From Octopus sinensis (Eukaryota): a stretch of 64,000 nt of DNA. Under the pieces are notes generated by a model. The model saw nothing but the letters and a program-made list of their open reading frames with translations, did no database searches and was not told the origin of the DNA. Made by a program: the position numbers and the translations under genes. This document shows, piece by piece, positions 38,045-50,090 of this stretch; positions within the stretch are counted from its first letter, which is position 1; each line of letters begins with the position of its first letter. The stretch covers positions 49,414,001 to 49,478,000 of the forward strand of contig NC_043006.1 of NCBI RefSeq assembly GCF_006345805.1, read 5' to 3'.

Positions 38045-38253
38045 ACTCTCTTTACTCTTTTACTTGTTTCAGTCATTTGACTGCGGCCATGCTGGAGCAC
38101 CGCCTTTAGTCGAGTAAATCGACCCTAGGACTTATTCTTTGTAAGCCTAGTACTTATTCTATCGGATCTCTTTTGCCGAACCGCTAAGTTACGGGGGCGT
38201 AAAGACATCAGCATCGGTTGTCAAGCGATGTTGGGAGGACAAACACAGACACA

Positions 38254-38301
<48 letters not shown>

Positions 38302-38468
38302 TACATATATACGACGGGCTTCTTTCAGTTTCTGTCTACCAAATCCACTTACAAGGCTTTTGTCGGTCCGAGGCTATAGTAGAAGACACTTGCTCAAGGT
38401 GCCACGCATGGGACTGAACCCAGAACCATGTGGTTGGTAAGCAAGCTACTTACCGCACAGCCACTCCT
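38045..38468 (-). mobile_element. SINE family A, full-length copy in a GPCR intron (partial copies also at ~36845-37100 and 47695-47860)
   Basis: Near-identical to 17871-18323. Confidence 0.9.
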
Positions 38469-39412
38469 TTTGTAAGCCTTTTAACTGACCTATGATCAAA
38501 GATGTTTCATTCTTGGCCATTCAACTTTTTTCTTCTTTTTCGCCCATAATGACTCTAGGTTTTCATTATCTAATATGTAGGTCAGTATGCTTTAACAAAA
38601 ATCAGTCTTAAATGAGTATAGTTGATTGGCAGTATCGTTAGAGCGTCGGATAAAATGCTTTGTGTTATTTGTACCGGTTGTTTATACCCCGAGATCAAAT
38701 CCAGCGGAAGACAACTTTGTCGTTCATTCTTCCGAGTTTCTTAATTACTGGGATCAATTTAATCGAAGAATCTTCTTCCACAAAAATGTATCAGTAAAAG
38801 CAAGAAATTATTGTGGTTGTTTAACATCAGGTTTGCTCCGATCGAAGAGATCTATTATGAAACCTGTTTCAGCTGTAACCATCACGTTTTTCTTTTGACT
38901 TTTTATAAACCCAGTCTTTAGGTGTACACTGTTAAATATTCTCTTCTTATTCTTTTTTTAAAGACGGTAGAATTTGATCTGATGTAATTCCCAATATACT
39001 ATATCACCAAAAACAAACGAACAAAAAACAAAGGAAAAAAAACAGAAGCCGTGCTGATCACAGCTGGGATGTTTATTGATCATAGGTCTACTTAATTAGA
39101 GCTGATCCAATTAAGCAGGCCTATGATCAAAACAGTAACATACCAACAATTCAAGATATATACTCTTTAACTCTTTAACCTGTTTCAGCTTTAAAGTTGC
39201 GGTCACGCTTGGGCCCCACCGTTAATGTATTAAATATAGCAGATATAATGTTTGTTAAAATAAATAAACGACACATAAAAAGTATGTATGAAAGTATGAG
39301 ACCGTCAGGTGTGGTAGTATGGACACTGGCGATTTAGCGATTTGGACATTGAATCTGTTTTGGTGACTACTTTTGGCATTGGAGGCAAATAGACACACAC
39401 ACACGCATGCAC

Positions 39413-39477
<65 letters not shown>

Positions 39478-39791
39478 AGAGAGATTTCAATATATTAATT
39501 GAACACAATCAACATAGCTGCTTCTGTCTCTTCATACATATAAAGAGAAATAAGCCCTACCCACACACATAAAGCGACCGAGAGTAAGAGAGAGAGAGAG
39601 AGGGGGGGAGGGAGGGAAAGAGAAAGAAGAGAGAAAGAGAGAGAGAGAGAGGGAAAGAGGTGAAGGAAAGGACGAGAGAAACATTAAAGTGCCTAATGTC
39701 AAATAAGCCAGCATCGAATCAGCGACGCCAATGAGGCTGTGCCAAAACGTCTCATACACTTATACTTATCAGGATTGAAACAACATTATAC

Positions 39792-39874
39792 CTGTAACTG
39801 CTTGGCTCGTTTGGATGTGTTTGAAGTTGAGTGATCAATACCATCAGAATGTAGATAAAGAAAATGAGATTGCC
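39792..39874 (-). CDS. Class B1 GPCR: TM5-ICL3 exon
   Basis: 83 nt between ttctacAG and GTATAA. Encodes GNLIFFIYILMVLITQLQTHPNEPSSY(R). Confidence 0.9.
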
Positions 39875-40414
39875 CTGTAGAACGATAAATAAAATATATA
39901 TATATAATATTGATTTATTATCAATATATATAATATATAATATTGATATAATATATAATATATAATATTGATTTATTATCAATTTTTATTGAGCCAGTGG
40001 AGGCTCAATGAAAACAATAATATGTAAGGATTATAAAAAAGTTGCATGTACATGAGGAATAAAAGGGTCGAGAGGAAAATACTAAAAGCAGAATATTGCT
40101 GGTTAAAATCATATAAAAATAGATATCAAAAAAGATCTCCCATCAACGGTGTGGGAATCACTCACTTGGGACGGATCAAAATATCACAAGACATTACAAG
40201 ACCTCGATTACTATTTACCCCTTTCTGCAACCTCCTGGCAGAATTTATCTACTGATTTTCTCATATCTTGAATCTTAAGTCACGTGAACTCACCTTTCAT
40301 CAAATTTACTGGAGAGCAGCCTTTCTCTCTGATCTCACCTTTCGCTTCAAGTTATACATCTTTTTCATTTGCATTATCCCATTTTCAATAGGGCTCACTT
40401 TTTAGTGAGAGAAA

Positions 40415-40487
<73 letters not shown>

Positions 40488-40588
40488 GAGAGAGAGAGAG
40501 AGAGAAGGAGAGAGAGAGAGTCAAAAGGCATACAAAATAAGAACAGACATTTGTAATCTGCAAAAGGTAATAATTTAATTGGACTCAC

Positions 40589-40655
40589 GATAAGGCAAAG
40601 AAGATTTGGTGTGTACAAGATCCACTCATAACGTCCAATATCATTTGACCAGCAT
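40589..40655 (-). CDS. Class B1 GPCR: ECL2-TM5 exon
   Basis: 67 nt between cattacAG and GTGAGT. Encodes CWSNDIGRYEWILYTPNLLCLI, with the conserved ECL2 CW and TM5 proline. Confidence 0.92.
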
Positions 40656-40880
40656 CTGTAATGAAAATATCAAATCAAGAATGCAAATAAATTTTTGAAA
40701 GCATACAGAACGCTTTAAAAGTATTCATTGTGTATTTATTATTATATTCTTCACGAAGAAACATTTTATTTTTACTTTTACAGAAGCCAACTGCAATTAT
40801 GGAATTCCAAGAGAACTAACAGAACAGTTTTCCTTTTTAAGCATATGTCAAAGACTCTCAGCCAATTAAAGTAGCGTATA

Positions 40881-40937
<57 letters not shown>

Positions 40938-41002
40938 TGATGATGATGATGATAATAATAATAATAATAATATAATAATAATAATATAATAATAATAATA
41001 TC

Positions 41003-41790
41003 AAAGCTTGCTTACCAAAAACTACTAGGCTTGCTTATCAAAGCTTACCAAAAACTACCAGGCTAACGTTTTTCAAAACGGATCTGACCCTAAATGCAGA
41101 TCCTGCGATACATTTGACTAAGCAATAACCCATCTCGTCTCTGGATGTCCTGTGCTGACACCAAACTAATACAAAATCGCCACGATGGGGGTAGGATAGT
41201 ATTTACATCGGAAAATATGTAAATACTACAAAATCGACACTCCTGCTTACTGGTATAAACATCATCCCGAACCAGTCGTTGAAGGTAAAAATGTCACTAT
41301 CCTCTGGGATTTTCCAGTCAACACTGACAAAACGATCCAGGCTAATCTACCAGACATAGTCATTAAAGACTAGGAAGGAAATGCTTCTAAACTAATATAT
41401 CTGTAAAGGAATTTGACAAATTAAATAAATACAAGGACCTGGGAATTGAAATACAGATGCGGTATCTTAAAGCGAGAGCTGTTCCTGTTATTGTGGGTAC
41501 CCTAGGTAAGATGAGAAAGTGATATCAAAAATATCTAGATAATATCTCAAGAAAATCATGTCTGAGAGAAAGCAAAAAGATTGTGCTGACAAATAATGTC
41601 CACATCCTTAGAACAACCCTATACATTTAAATGTCTGTGTTGTATTACATGAAGATATTTCGCAACTGCCCCAGCCACTTCCCCTCCTCAAGCTTTTAAT
41701 CATACTGTAACATCTCTTACCCTTCATTCTCCCTAGGACGCTGGGTGTGGCCTCGGCAAGTGATTATAACAAACGTATATTAAAAGTGAA
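41003..41790 (+). mobile_element. R4/Dong-clade LINE 3' fragment (RLE endonuclease), copy 1
   Basis: HLVSGC..RHD..WYKHHPEPVVE..ILWDF..PDIVIKD..KYKDL..VPVIVGTLG; flanked by (TGA)n(TAA)n on both sides. Confidence 0.8.
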
Positions 41791-41798
41791 TGATGATG

Positions 41799-41849
<51 letters not shown>

Positions 41850-41866
41850 TTGATCGGTGGAATAAT

Positions 41867-42031
41867 CTTTTCTGCTCTAGGCACAAGGCCCGAAATTTTT
41901 GGGAGGGGGCCAATCGATTAGATCGATCCCAGTACGCAAGTGGTACTTAATTTATCGACTCTGAAAGGATGAAAGGCAAAGTCGATCTCGACTCAGAACG
42001 TAAAGCTAACGATTCTGCCAGCTCGCCACCT
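41867..42031 (-). mobile_element. SINE family B with a 17-bp TSD
   Basis: TTGATCGGTGGAATAAT at 41850-41866 and 42032-42048. Confidence 0.85.
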
Positions 42032-42057
42032 TTGATCGGTGGAATAATGATAAAAAG

Positions 42058-44529
42058 GTTGATCAGTGGAAATTGAACCAAGAAACGAAAAATGTGAATG
42101 AAATTCTGAAATACACCAGAACAAACTTCACAGAATCAAATAATTTGCTCAAGGCAGCAAGTATTGTTGTTGCAGAAAATGTAGGTGTTGATGTCAAGAA
42201 AAAGAAATATAATGGGAGTGACAAAAGAAAAGATCCATGGTGGAAAAGAAGAATTCAGACGGGGTTAGATATGCTCTCGAAGGACATTTTTGTGTTCGAC
42301 CGAAAAGAGAAGGGGGAGCTTAAAAGCGAACAAAAATACAGGGCGCTGAACAGGAAGTATGATATTGAAGGAAAAGGCCTGAAAGTAGTAGTGGAAGAAC
42401 TGAAACAGCGCCAGTTTGCAAAGAAAGGAAGATGGTAAGATACAACAAATGAATGAAGAGATACCAGCAGAATAGTTTATTCAGAGTAGATCAGAAGAGA
42501 TTCTACAAAGAAGTAAATGGAGAGTGTACAGATGAAAAGTTGATACCAGATAACATTGAAAGTCAAAGGTTTTGAAGTGACATCTGGAGCAAAGACGAGC
42601 GCAAGAAGGATGCTGAATGGTTGCAAGAACTGAAACAAACAGTAGTCTGTCCAAAACAGGCAGAACTAGTCATTTCAGTTAGGGAAGTGAAGGAAATCAG
42701 CAAAAAAAAACAAAAAAAAAAAAAAAAAAAAACAAAACAAAAAACCCCCCCAAAACGACCAACTGGAAGGCGCCAGGACCAGATGGAGTTCAAGGCCACT
42801 GGATCAAAAGATTTGGTGAATGTCATGCATGAATAGCTGCACAACTCAACACCTTGTTAAATGCCGACCAAGTAACACCAGAGTGGTTGACAATGGGTAA
42901 GGCACTGCTGTGCTTGAAAAACACCAAAAAAGGCAATACGGTAGACAATTACAGGCCAATATCCTGCTTGGCACTTATGTGGAAATTATTGACTGGAGTA
43001 GTCGCAAAGTCAATGTACGGACACCCGGAAAAAAATGGAGTCCTGCCACATGAGTAGAAGGGTTGCAAGCATAAGTACAGAGGTACCAAGGATCAACTGC
43101 TGGAAGATAAAACTGTACTAGAGACTGCAAGAAGAGGAAAACTAACTTAGCCATGTCATGGATCGATTATCGTAAGGCGTACGATATGATCCCATATTCT
43201 TGGAATATGGAATGTATGAACCTATTTGGTATTGCATCGAATGTTAAGCAATTGCTTAGAAAAAGTATGGCGAAGTGGAGGACGGAACTGACAGCATATC
43301 GAAGAAGTTTAGGGACAATAGAAATCAGGAGAGGCATCTTCCAAGGGGACTGCCTGTTCCCACTGATATTTGTACTGTGCATGATACCACTAACACTGAT
43401 TCTGAGGAAAGCAAAGGCTGGGTATGTATTCAAGAGCCGCCAACAAAAAGTCAACCACTTGTTATTCATGGATGACCTCAAACAGTTCCTTTATTGATAC
43501 AGTGTATACTTTCAGTGCTGATATCAGAATGGAGTTCGGACTGAAAAAGTGTTGTGTGTTAGTCTTGAAGAGAGGTAAAATCAAATGTATGGACGGGCTA
43601 GCGATACAAGCACTGTACAAGCACTTGAGAATGAATGAAACTGAAAATAGGTGAATAAAGAAAAGAATGCATGGACAATTTCATAGGGATGTTGGAGATA
43701 AGACAGACAGAGAAAAAAGATGGCTTTGGATGACTAAAAGTGTTTTAAAACCGAAAGCGGCGGCTATAATCTGTGCTGCCAAGAGCAAGCTTAAGAACCA
43801 ATTACATCAAATACAGAATAGACAACACATCAGAAAGTGATAAGTGCAGAATTTGTGGACAAAATGGTCAAACCGTATGGCATATTACCAGTCAATGTAT
43901 GCCAGTAGCCCAGAAAGGATATAAAAGACGTCATGACAATATAGCAAGGATTGTTCATTGGTCACTTTACAACAAGTATGAACTTGACAGAGCAAAAAAA
44001 GTGGTACGAACATAAATCCGAAGGCATTATCAAAAATGATAATGCAAAGATCCTGTGGGATTTTATGATTCAGCGCGACCATGAGATAGAGAATAGGAAA
44101 TCAGACATAGTGTTAGTTGAGAAAGAAAGCAAACGATGCTGGATCATAGATATGGCATGCCCAACTGACAACAAGGTATGCGATAAGGAAGAAAGAAAAG
44201 TCGATAGATATAACAGGTTAGCTTGGGAGGTTAAGTCGTTGTGGCCGCTGAAAAAGGGTGGTAGTATTACCAATAATTGTCGGAGCCCTAGGAACAGTGA
44301 GTAAAAATCTTGAGAAGTACATGGAATGAATAAGGGCTGCAACAAGGGTAGAGCACTTGCAGAAAACAACACTGCTTGAAACCGCTCGAATACTCCGGAT
44401 GGTGCTTGAAAAATAAGGGGTATTACCTTAGTTTACTGGTAGTTAATAGCTGACACCGTAGTACATCTCCAGCGTTAGAAGATGTGAAAAGACAATAAAA
44501 TAATACAGCGTTAAAAGCTGTACAAAGAC

Positions 44530-44530
<1 letters not shown>
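42058..44530 (+). mobile_element. R4/Dong-clade LINE, 5'-truncated and decayed (RT + CCHC + RLE), copy 2
   Basis: [79 protein letters not shown]; 3' end runs into (AAT)n at 44530. Confidence 0.95.
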
Positions 44531-44608
<78 letters not shown>

Positions 44609-44814
44609 TACAACAAATTTCAGGATCAAGATAAAACATAGTTCTCATGATCATTTTATTATGAATTTAATTGTGCTAAATTCTAATTGTATAACAAAAA
44701 CTTCCCATCACGTCACATTTTCTTGCAAATTACCCAGTTAATAAGTATGTAATTTATACCAATTTCCACGATATCATAAATTAAGCCTTAGGCCTAGTTT
44801 TATATGCAGTGGTG

Positions 44815-45330
44815 GCAAAATAATTTTGTCTTTCTTAACTAGTGGCTCATGATTTAAGTAGGGCTACTACTTTCAAATCCGCGCAAATTAGCCACTCATG
44901 CTCCTTGTAACTCATGCGGTCTAAAATAAAAGCGAGGTTCTTAAAACGACTGGACGGGTTATCGGAACTGAAGGAATGGTGTTCCCAATGTGCAACAGAA
45001 CCGCTTTTATGCTGTAAAAGAATGCCTCTATGAATAACCTCCACTCATTTCGTTCATAGGTCAGCCCAAGGGCATTGATATCATTACAATCTGATATCTG
45101 ATATCATTACAATAAGTCAAGTTGTTTTCCAAAATGAAGAATTGCTGCAGATCTGCAGAACGCTTTCTAAATACTGTAATTCGAGCATCTTTATCAATCA
45201 CGTTCATTGTTACAGACGTGAGGCTAGGGCTTCACTCTGTTGCTTAGTAAATGTTAGATCACGAACTAGATCATTGAGTTCAGATTAGGTGATGAGGTGT
45301 AGTCTCTTATCAGATTTACCACGGATTTGG
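44815..45330 (-). mobile_element. Chapaev3-type DNA transposase fragment
   Basis: ELNDLVRDL..ASRL..NEWRLFIE..SIKAVLLHIGNTIPSVPI..YKEHEWLICADLKVVALL. Confidence 0.75.
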
Positions 45331-45784
45331 ACCCATATAACTATAAAAATATTGAATGTACGTTTATAATTTCCATAGGTTAGGTTGGCAAATACTTTAG
45401 AAACAGCCCATTAAAATTATATCAAAATCCGTTTGTAACTTTTAGACTCGTTAGTTTCGGCCCAATCCTGTTTGCACTCAATTCCTATGGAACCATCGGT
45501 GTATTTAACGTAAGATGGTAATTTACGAGAAACTGGATGGGCCACAGAAAGAAACGAATATTATATTCTTGATCTACACACAAAATATCCCTAGAAAAGG
45601 TTATTCTCATTTCCGTTTTTTTTTCATTCTTATACCGTGTAATCTATGATAAATTGACATCTAAATGCCAAAACCATGACAAGGTAACATCCAAGCACCA
45701 AAGCTTATGTTTTGCGGGAAGAGACCCAGTGAGACCTCTGGCAACAGGCTGCTGTCCGCTCTCACGGAATCAACTAGAGTAAGT

Positions 45785-46397
45785 AAGGTCGAGAGCTTGA
45801 AATTGGCACAACGTGAATACGGAAAACACCATGACAATGTAGCAAGGACGATCCATTGGGAGCTCTGTGGAAATCACAGCCTACAAAGGGTAAAGACGTG
45901 GTATGAGAAAATTCCAGAAGGAGTCACCGAAAATGAGAATTGCAAAATTCTGTGGGATACAATGATCCAGTGCGATCCCCCGACCAGACATCGGAAACCA
46001 GAGATTGTTGTGGTGAATAAAAAAGGAAAAACATATATGATAATCTACATAGCATGCTCCCGTGATAACAGGATCAATGTGAAAGAAGAAGAAAAAATAA
46101 ACAACTATGACGATTTGAAGTGGAAAATACGAAGGTCGTGGTCAATGAATAGATTAGACGTGATACCAATAGTAATTGGTGCACTGAAGTATCAGTAATC
46201 AACTACTGACATGGCTGAAAAAGATTGGTGCAAGTGTGAAGGTAGAAAACCTACAAAAATAAGTATTGCTTGGAACTGCAAGAATTCTTCGCAAGGTTCT
46301 TGAAGCATGACCAGTAAACAAGTGTCACCTTAGTCTGCTGGCTGTGGACAGCTGACACTGTCCATCATACCCAGCAAAATAAGCTGTGAATTTTCTT
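45785..46397 (+). mobile_element. R4/Dong-clade LINE 3' fragment (RLE), copy 3
   Basis: KLAQREYGKHHDNVARTIHW..ILWD..KPEIVVV..EEEKINNYDDL..IPIVIGAL; 3' UTR resembles copy 2; followed by (TAA)n(TGA)n. Confidence 0.88.
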
Positions 46398-46415
46398 ATA
46401 ATAATAATAATAATT

Positions 46416-46455
<40 letters not shown>

Positions 46456-46507
46456 GATGATGATGATGATGATGATAAAATTAATAATAATGATAATGAT
46501 GATAATA

Positions 46508-46577
<70 letters not shown>

Positions 46578-46589
46578 GACAAAGAGCGC

Positions 46590-46763
46590 GATTCAATTGT
46601 AAGATATTTTATTAGTTGAACAATATTTCAACAGTACGTCTGTCTTTGTCAAATTCAAAATAAGAAATGATAAAAATTTTTATCACTTCTTATTTTGAAC
46701 TTGACAAAGACAGACGTACTGTTGAAATATCGTTCAACTAATAAAATATCTTACAATCGAATC
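46590..46763. repeat. Loop-less palindrome, two 87-bp arms, 4 mismatches
   Basis: Centre gataaaaa|tttttatc at 46676/46677; lies between two (TAA)n arrays. Confidence 0.97.
46695..46737 (+). ncRNA. Minimal type I hammerhead fold with U3-A8 core
   Basis: ttgaac-TTGACAA-a-g-acag-acgta-ctgt-t-GAAA-TA-TC-gttcaa: perfect 6-bp stem I, AUC cleavage triplet, palindromic ATAT stem III. A mirrored copy lies on the minus strand. Confidence 0.7.
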
Positions 46764-46848
46764 CAGCGCATCGTCTTGACTGTTTACCTTTGTGAAGAGT
46801 TACGTCAATATTTTTTAAAATATAATAATAACAATAACAATAACAATG

Positions 46849-46897
<49 letters not shown>

Positions 46898-46952
46898 TGA
46901 TGATGATGATGAGGATGATGATGATGACAACGACGATGACGACGACGACGAC

Positions 46953-46999
<47 letters not shown>

Positions 47000-47065
47000 C
47001 AACAATAATAATAATAATAACAACAACAACAACAACAACAATAATAATAATAATAATAATAATAA

Positions 47066-47690
47066 TAAGAAGAGCACTCAGAGAGCGCAAACCCCAGCCA
47101 AGACAACACCAACGTCCTCTCAACGATTAGCCAGAGAGGATTTTTAAAATGGGAATATCTCTCTATATATAAACGGTAGTTTGTGTGTGTTTCTGTGTGT
47201 CTGTTTGGTTGTACCCTCACCATGACCACGGCTTTCAACCGATTCTGATGAAACTTGACACACACATAGCCCAATGTTATAATTCAAAACTAACGCAGCG
47301 AAAATTTTGAAAAGTTCCCCCAGTTCTGGAAAAAATCGATAAATTCGACATGGGGTCGAGAATCAGAAACACAAACCACAGACTGTCTAGGGGACGCAAC
47401 TCGACCTTTTTAACTCTCAAAAAAATTTACCATCATTTTTTTCCCATTTTTTTGCTATTTTTTGGCTATATCTCTCTAAAAATGCTTTATAGTTATTTCC
47501 CTTACAAACCCGAACAACGCCGGGCGATACTGCTAGTCTGAAATAAACTCGAATGCTCTCAGAAACGAGAATATTAAAAATGAATCCAACCGCTCTCAAA
47601 AATTAAGTAAAAAAACTGGAAAACTAATCCAGAATCGTTGTCCGGTACCGGGTCGATCACAAAATGTAATCAGTTCGCACTAGTCACTGA
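47066..47690 (+). mobile_element. HINE/Helentron-like element hosting a nested Helitron
   Basis: aagagcactcagagagcgcaaacc.c.gccaag 5' motif and ccggtaccgggtcgatcacaaaatgtaatcagttc block, recalled as typical of this element type. Confidence 0.45.
47158..47536 (+). mobile_element. Non-autonomous Helitron, body type B
   Basis: A|TC start, CCCGAACAACGCCGGG hairpin, CTAG|T end. Confidence 0.88.
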
Positions 47691-47858
47691 TTATATATGA
47701 CCGGCTTCTTTCAGTTTCCGTCTACCAAATCCACTCACAAGGCTTTGGTCGGCCCGAGGCTATAGTAGAATACACTTTCCCAAGGTGCCACGCAGTGAGA
47801 CTGAACCCGGAACCATGTGGTTGGTAAGCAAGCTACTTACCACACAGCCACTCCTACG

Positions 47859-47911
<53 letters not shown>

Positions 47912-49088
47912 CAAATATATATATATATCTATATATATATATATATATATATATGAGGAGGAAGAAAATATTATGCTACATTTGAAGATGTAAAAGAAAA
48001 GGTGAAACTAAGAAAATGAAACAAGACTTGAAAGAAAATCTTTTAGAAATAGTAGAAATGTGTTATTTTCCATTAGCTATGTAATGGATATGAAGATCTG
48101 TTGAGAGGAATATATAGATTAGAAATAGTTTATATAGAGGAGTATATAGATTAGAAAGTAGTATATAGCGTATAGGTTAATTGGAGAAGATAAATGACAT
48201 TGGAAGGTAGTATATAGATTATGAGAACGGTCGAATGAAAGGAAGAAAAAAGAGCAAGAAGTGAAATATAAAAGAACTGAAAAATAAGTGAAAAGGAGAA
48301 GAAATGTGTATACATATGTATATGTCTACGCTTGTATGTGAATTTGTATGACCTTCGTTTTTGCCATCGAAAAATTTCATATTGGAACACTTCAAAACCA
48401 CGTTTCTGTTTGAGTACCAGCACAGAAATTGTTAGCAATTATATTCTCAGATACATACTTAGGTCATCTTGACTTTACACACCTGAGTCTTCTTCATTGC
48501 TAATATCTCTATCAGCAACACATCAACAAGCTATATAATTTACAGAATTCAATCTTAAAAGATAATAATTAATTCTACCATCACCGCGTGGGAAGTGCTA
48601 CAGCATATTTCAAAGCGTTTTCAAAGGAGAAACCACCGGTATGACATGAGGAATGTTAGATAAAGAAAAGACATTTAGGAATGGGTCAAAGTTTTGCAGC
48701 TACTGTCTTACAGAGAAATTCCACATCATTTGATACCCTATCAACTTTAAACTAAACAGAGAGCTAATTCTTATCGATTTTGAAAGAGCACTCCCCTAAT
48801 GCATAATGGATGTAACAAACATTACACAACTAACACTATATCACTGCTAATAGTCTTTTGTTTCCAACCTGCCGACATGTACAGTCGATTGAACAGAAGA
48901 GTGGTTTTGGAGAGTGATCAAAATTTATTGCACACAAAAACACACACACACACATACGCGCGCACACGCACGCACACGCACGCACACGCACACGCACGCA
49001 CACGCACAAGCACACATATAGTTAGAGGTAGGAGAACGGGTAGACATACACAACGTAGATAAAATTAGCTTAAATGAATATATCTTAC

Positions 49089-49149
49089 AGTTTGTTGAAC
49101 ATTGTTCCGCGAATTGTGGCATAAATTAACGCTGGTAGCAACGGGAAAA
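49089..49149 (-). CDS. Class B1 GPCR: TM4-ECL2 exon
   Basis: 61 nt between ttcttcAG and GTAAGA. Encodes (V)FPLLPALIYATIRGTMFNK(L); phases 1/2 fit both neighbours. Confidence 0.88.
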
Positions 49150-49624
49150 CTGAAGAAAAAGAGTACAAATCATTTATACAAAATTAGGTTTTTGTAAGCA
49201 TTTAACGCAGTGGCTGTTAAAGGAAAAAGTTGAGAAAAATCATGTGATGAAAAAGAAAGAAACATTGACACTATTCAACGATCAAGATAAATCATATTTC
49301 TAGCATATACGACTGACAACACACAACATTTTTCTGATCTCACCAGATAAATATTGGTTACACCTGTTAAAAAGTAATATTGAAAGAATATTTTAAGTAA
49401 ATGTGCAATAACAGTACACTGGTTGGCGTAGCAGATAAAAAAAAAACGTGTTCCGAACTAAATGCAGAGAGCATAAGGAATTATGAAGAATCTTAAAAAA
49501 ACAAAAAACAAAAAGAAACAAAATAAATTAACCAGGACTTCAAAATAAAATATTTGAAAGAAAAAGGCTTCCTGTATACATACATACATACATACATACA
49601 TACATACATACATGCATACATACA

Positions 49625-49681
<57 letters not shown>

Positions 49682-50090
49682 AAATCCGTTCTGTCTGTGT
49701 GTGTGTGTGTCTTCTAGGATCTCGGGCATCCTCCATCCGATTACGCTCAAATTTGATATGTAGATACTAACGGTATCAGGGCGTGTATAAGTCTTGAAAA
49801 AGTTACAAAAATCGATTCCAGGTGAGAATGTGATCGATAAAGCCGTGGAACGTGCATTTGTACGCGCAAGTACATTTGCTGTTGCGATCGATACTACGCG
49901 TACGCGAGAAAAATGCACGTGCAGTTTGCACAAAAAAGCCACCTGGCTTGAAATAATGCCACAAAATGCAGTATATTTAAGAACCCCCCCCAAATTTGGT
50001 TTAAATGTTTGACAACTCAGCACCGTCCTTTGTACGGTGGGGGGGGGGCGTTTTTCTCGTTCATATATAAAATCAAAATAAGCAAGAAAT

